Shown here in pieces: positions 62,701-64,000 of a stretch of DNA of 64,000 bases. Below the pieces are notes generated by a model. The model worked only from the letters and a program-made list of their open reading frames with translations, was not told the origin of the DNA and searched no databases. Position 1 is the stretch's first letter. Each line of letters begins with the position of its first letter. The DNA comes from Podarcis melisellensis (Eukaryota): assembly GCA_964234715.1 (NCBI GenBank), contig OZ174276.1; one strand, 5' to 3'. The position numbers and the translations under genes were made by a program.

Positions 62701-63079
62701 CCCTCCCACCTCCTCCAGGACCAGACACGCAGGTTCGCCATGACGCCCCCGCTCTCCTCCAGCGCCTGGCACCAGGCAAGCTCACCCGCACCCCCCCCCA
62801 CGGCCAGGAAGGTGGGGGATGGGTGGGAGCGAAATGGAAAACAGTCCCACCACCTCCCCTCCCTGCGGGAAGACCTCGGCGGGGATTCCCACTCAGGGAC
62901 GCACCCCCAATCACACACACACAAAAAGCACACTCACAGACACACAAAAAAGGGAGGTATATAGAAATATATATACACACACCTATGCACCTTTGGAGGT
63001 ATCAGGGTGTAAAGACAGGAGTGCGTGTGAATGTATGTAGATATACAGATATATAGACATATATGCACACACGTATATG

Positions 63080-64000
63080 TATACACATTCACACGCACCC
63101 CTCTCTTCGCATCCAGGTGCCTCCAAAGGTGCAGGGAAACCGGGGTGTCCAGCGCAGGCCAGGGAGTGCGACCTCTTTCTTTCCCCTCCGACAGGCGGGA
63201 GAGGCTCCACTTCCCCTGGAAGAGCCAGGCTGAGGTACTTCTCTCCCTCTCGCCCTCCCCGCCCCCCACATCCCTAAACCCCCCACGGCAGGGCAGAGAA
63301 TGCATGGAGAGAGTTCCGGGGCAGCTGGAAAGATGCGGGAGCTTGAAAGGAGGCGGTGAGAGAAGGGGCTGGAGCAGAGGAAGGACCCCCGAGAAACAAG
63401 CCCTCACCACCGCAGCCACCTCCATAAGTTTCCCGCCCCTCCCCCTCCATGGGTCTCTTTCCCACCCGCCTCCCGCCTTTGGAAGGGGTGTCCCCTCTTC
63501 ACCCCACACGCCCCCTTTTTCCTGCTCTTCATTTGCCTTGGCTGACCTGTCCGGCCCGTTGCCCGGGCCCCCGGCACTAGGCCCTGCTGGGCGCCACGGT
63601 GTTTCCTAGGCGGCAGGCGGGACCGAGAGCTCAAGCTCCACAGAGCAGCGGCCGCGGCCCCTCCCCCTCCGCGGCACCAGCGAACAGCCAACAGCTCCTC
63701 CTCAGCAGGCCGGGCGGAAACGGCACTGAGCGCACGGGGATTCCCAGCGCTGGCGCCAGGGGCGCCCCAGCCACGCCCACCGGCCCCACTCATTGGCCGG
63801 CTTTTCCGCGCGATCTCCACCCCCTCCGCTCTTCCCTCCCGCCCCCGCCTCTCCCGACTCCTATTGGGCCCCTTCTCTTAGGGCAGGCGGTCGCCCCCAT
63901 CCCGCCCCCCTGTAAGCCCCAGCGGCCCCAGCCGCCGCCAGCTTCCCAGAGGCGCTGCCCTATTGGTTGTTGGAAACGCCACTCAGCTTCGCGTCAGCCT
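63080..64000 (-). promoter_or_regulatory. CpG-island promoter of SETD5 with CCAAT and GC boxes
   Basis: Very GC- and CpG-rich. CCAAT on the minus strand at 63792-63796, 63863-63867 and 63962-63966. GGGCGG boxes at ~63839 and ~63902. TGACGC half-CRE at 63991-63996. No TATA box. Confidence 0.85.
63547..63760 (-). other. SETD5: Candidate non-coding first exon of SETD5
   Basis: GC-rich segment just downstream of the CCAAT/GC boxes, ending in the donor CAG|GTCAGC. The TSS position is a guess. Confidence 0.55.

Noticed and set aside
61942-63820. Long ORFs of 138-238 aa near the promoter
   Set aside because: These are low-complexity translations of GC-rich and dinucleotide-repeat DNA, where stops are rare by composition.

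Overview
Vertebrate genomic DNA, most likely from a squamate and probably a lacertid lizard. That assignment rests on Sauria/Squam1-type SINEs, a tRNA-Lys/CR1-tail SINE, and CR1/L2 LINE fragments. Almost the whole window is one minus-strand gene, SETD5. I placed 22 coding exons from ATG at 37383 to TAG at 3267 by reading splice sites and checking phases. They total 4416 nt, or 1471 aa with both optional segments and 1439 aa without. The gene has a CpG-island promoter and candidate first exon at about 63.5-64 kb, and a ~1.6 kb 3'UTR ending near AATAAA at 1654-1659. Introns carry seven copies of a TA-flanked Tc1/mariner-type MITE, several hAT MITEs with 8-bp TSDs, SINEs, LINE fragments and microsatellites, and there is one 130-N assembly gap. 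I found no prokaryote-style system, CRISPR array or second intact host gene. The most interesting signals form a candidate post-transcriptional control layer on a dosage-sensitive chromatin gene: a 26-codon uORF in frame with the main ATG, candidate poison exons, an alternative acceptor toggling a DHNY (HCF-1-binding-type) motif, two GC-AG introns, a branch point and pyrimidine tract running into the assembly gap (probably a hidden cassette exon), a candidate 144-nt in-frame exon, inverted repeat pairs and a perfect 46-bp hairpin. Comparisons to human proteins are from memory and need checking.
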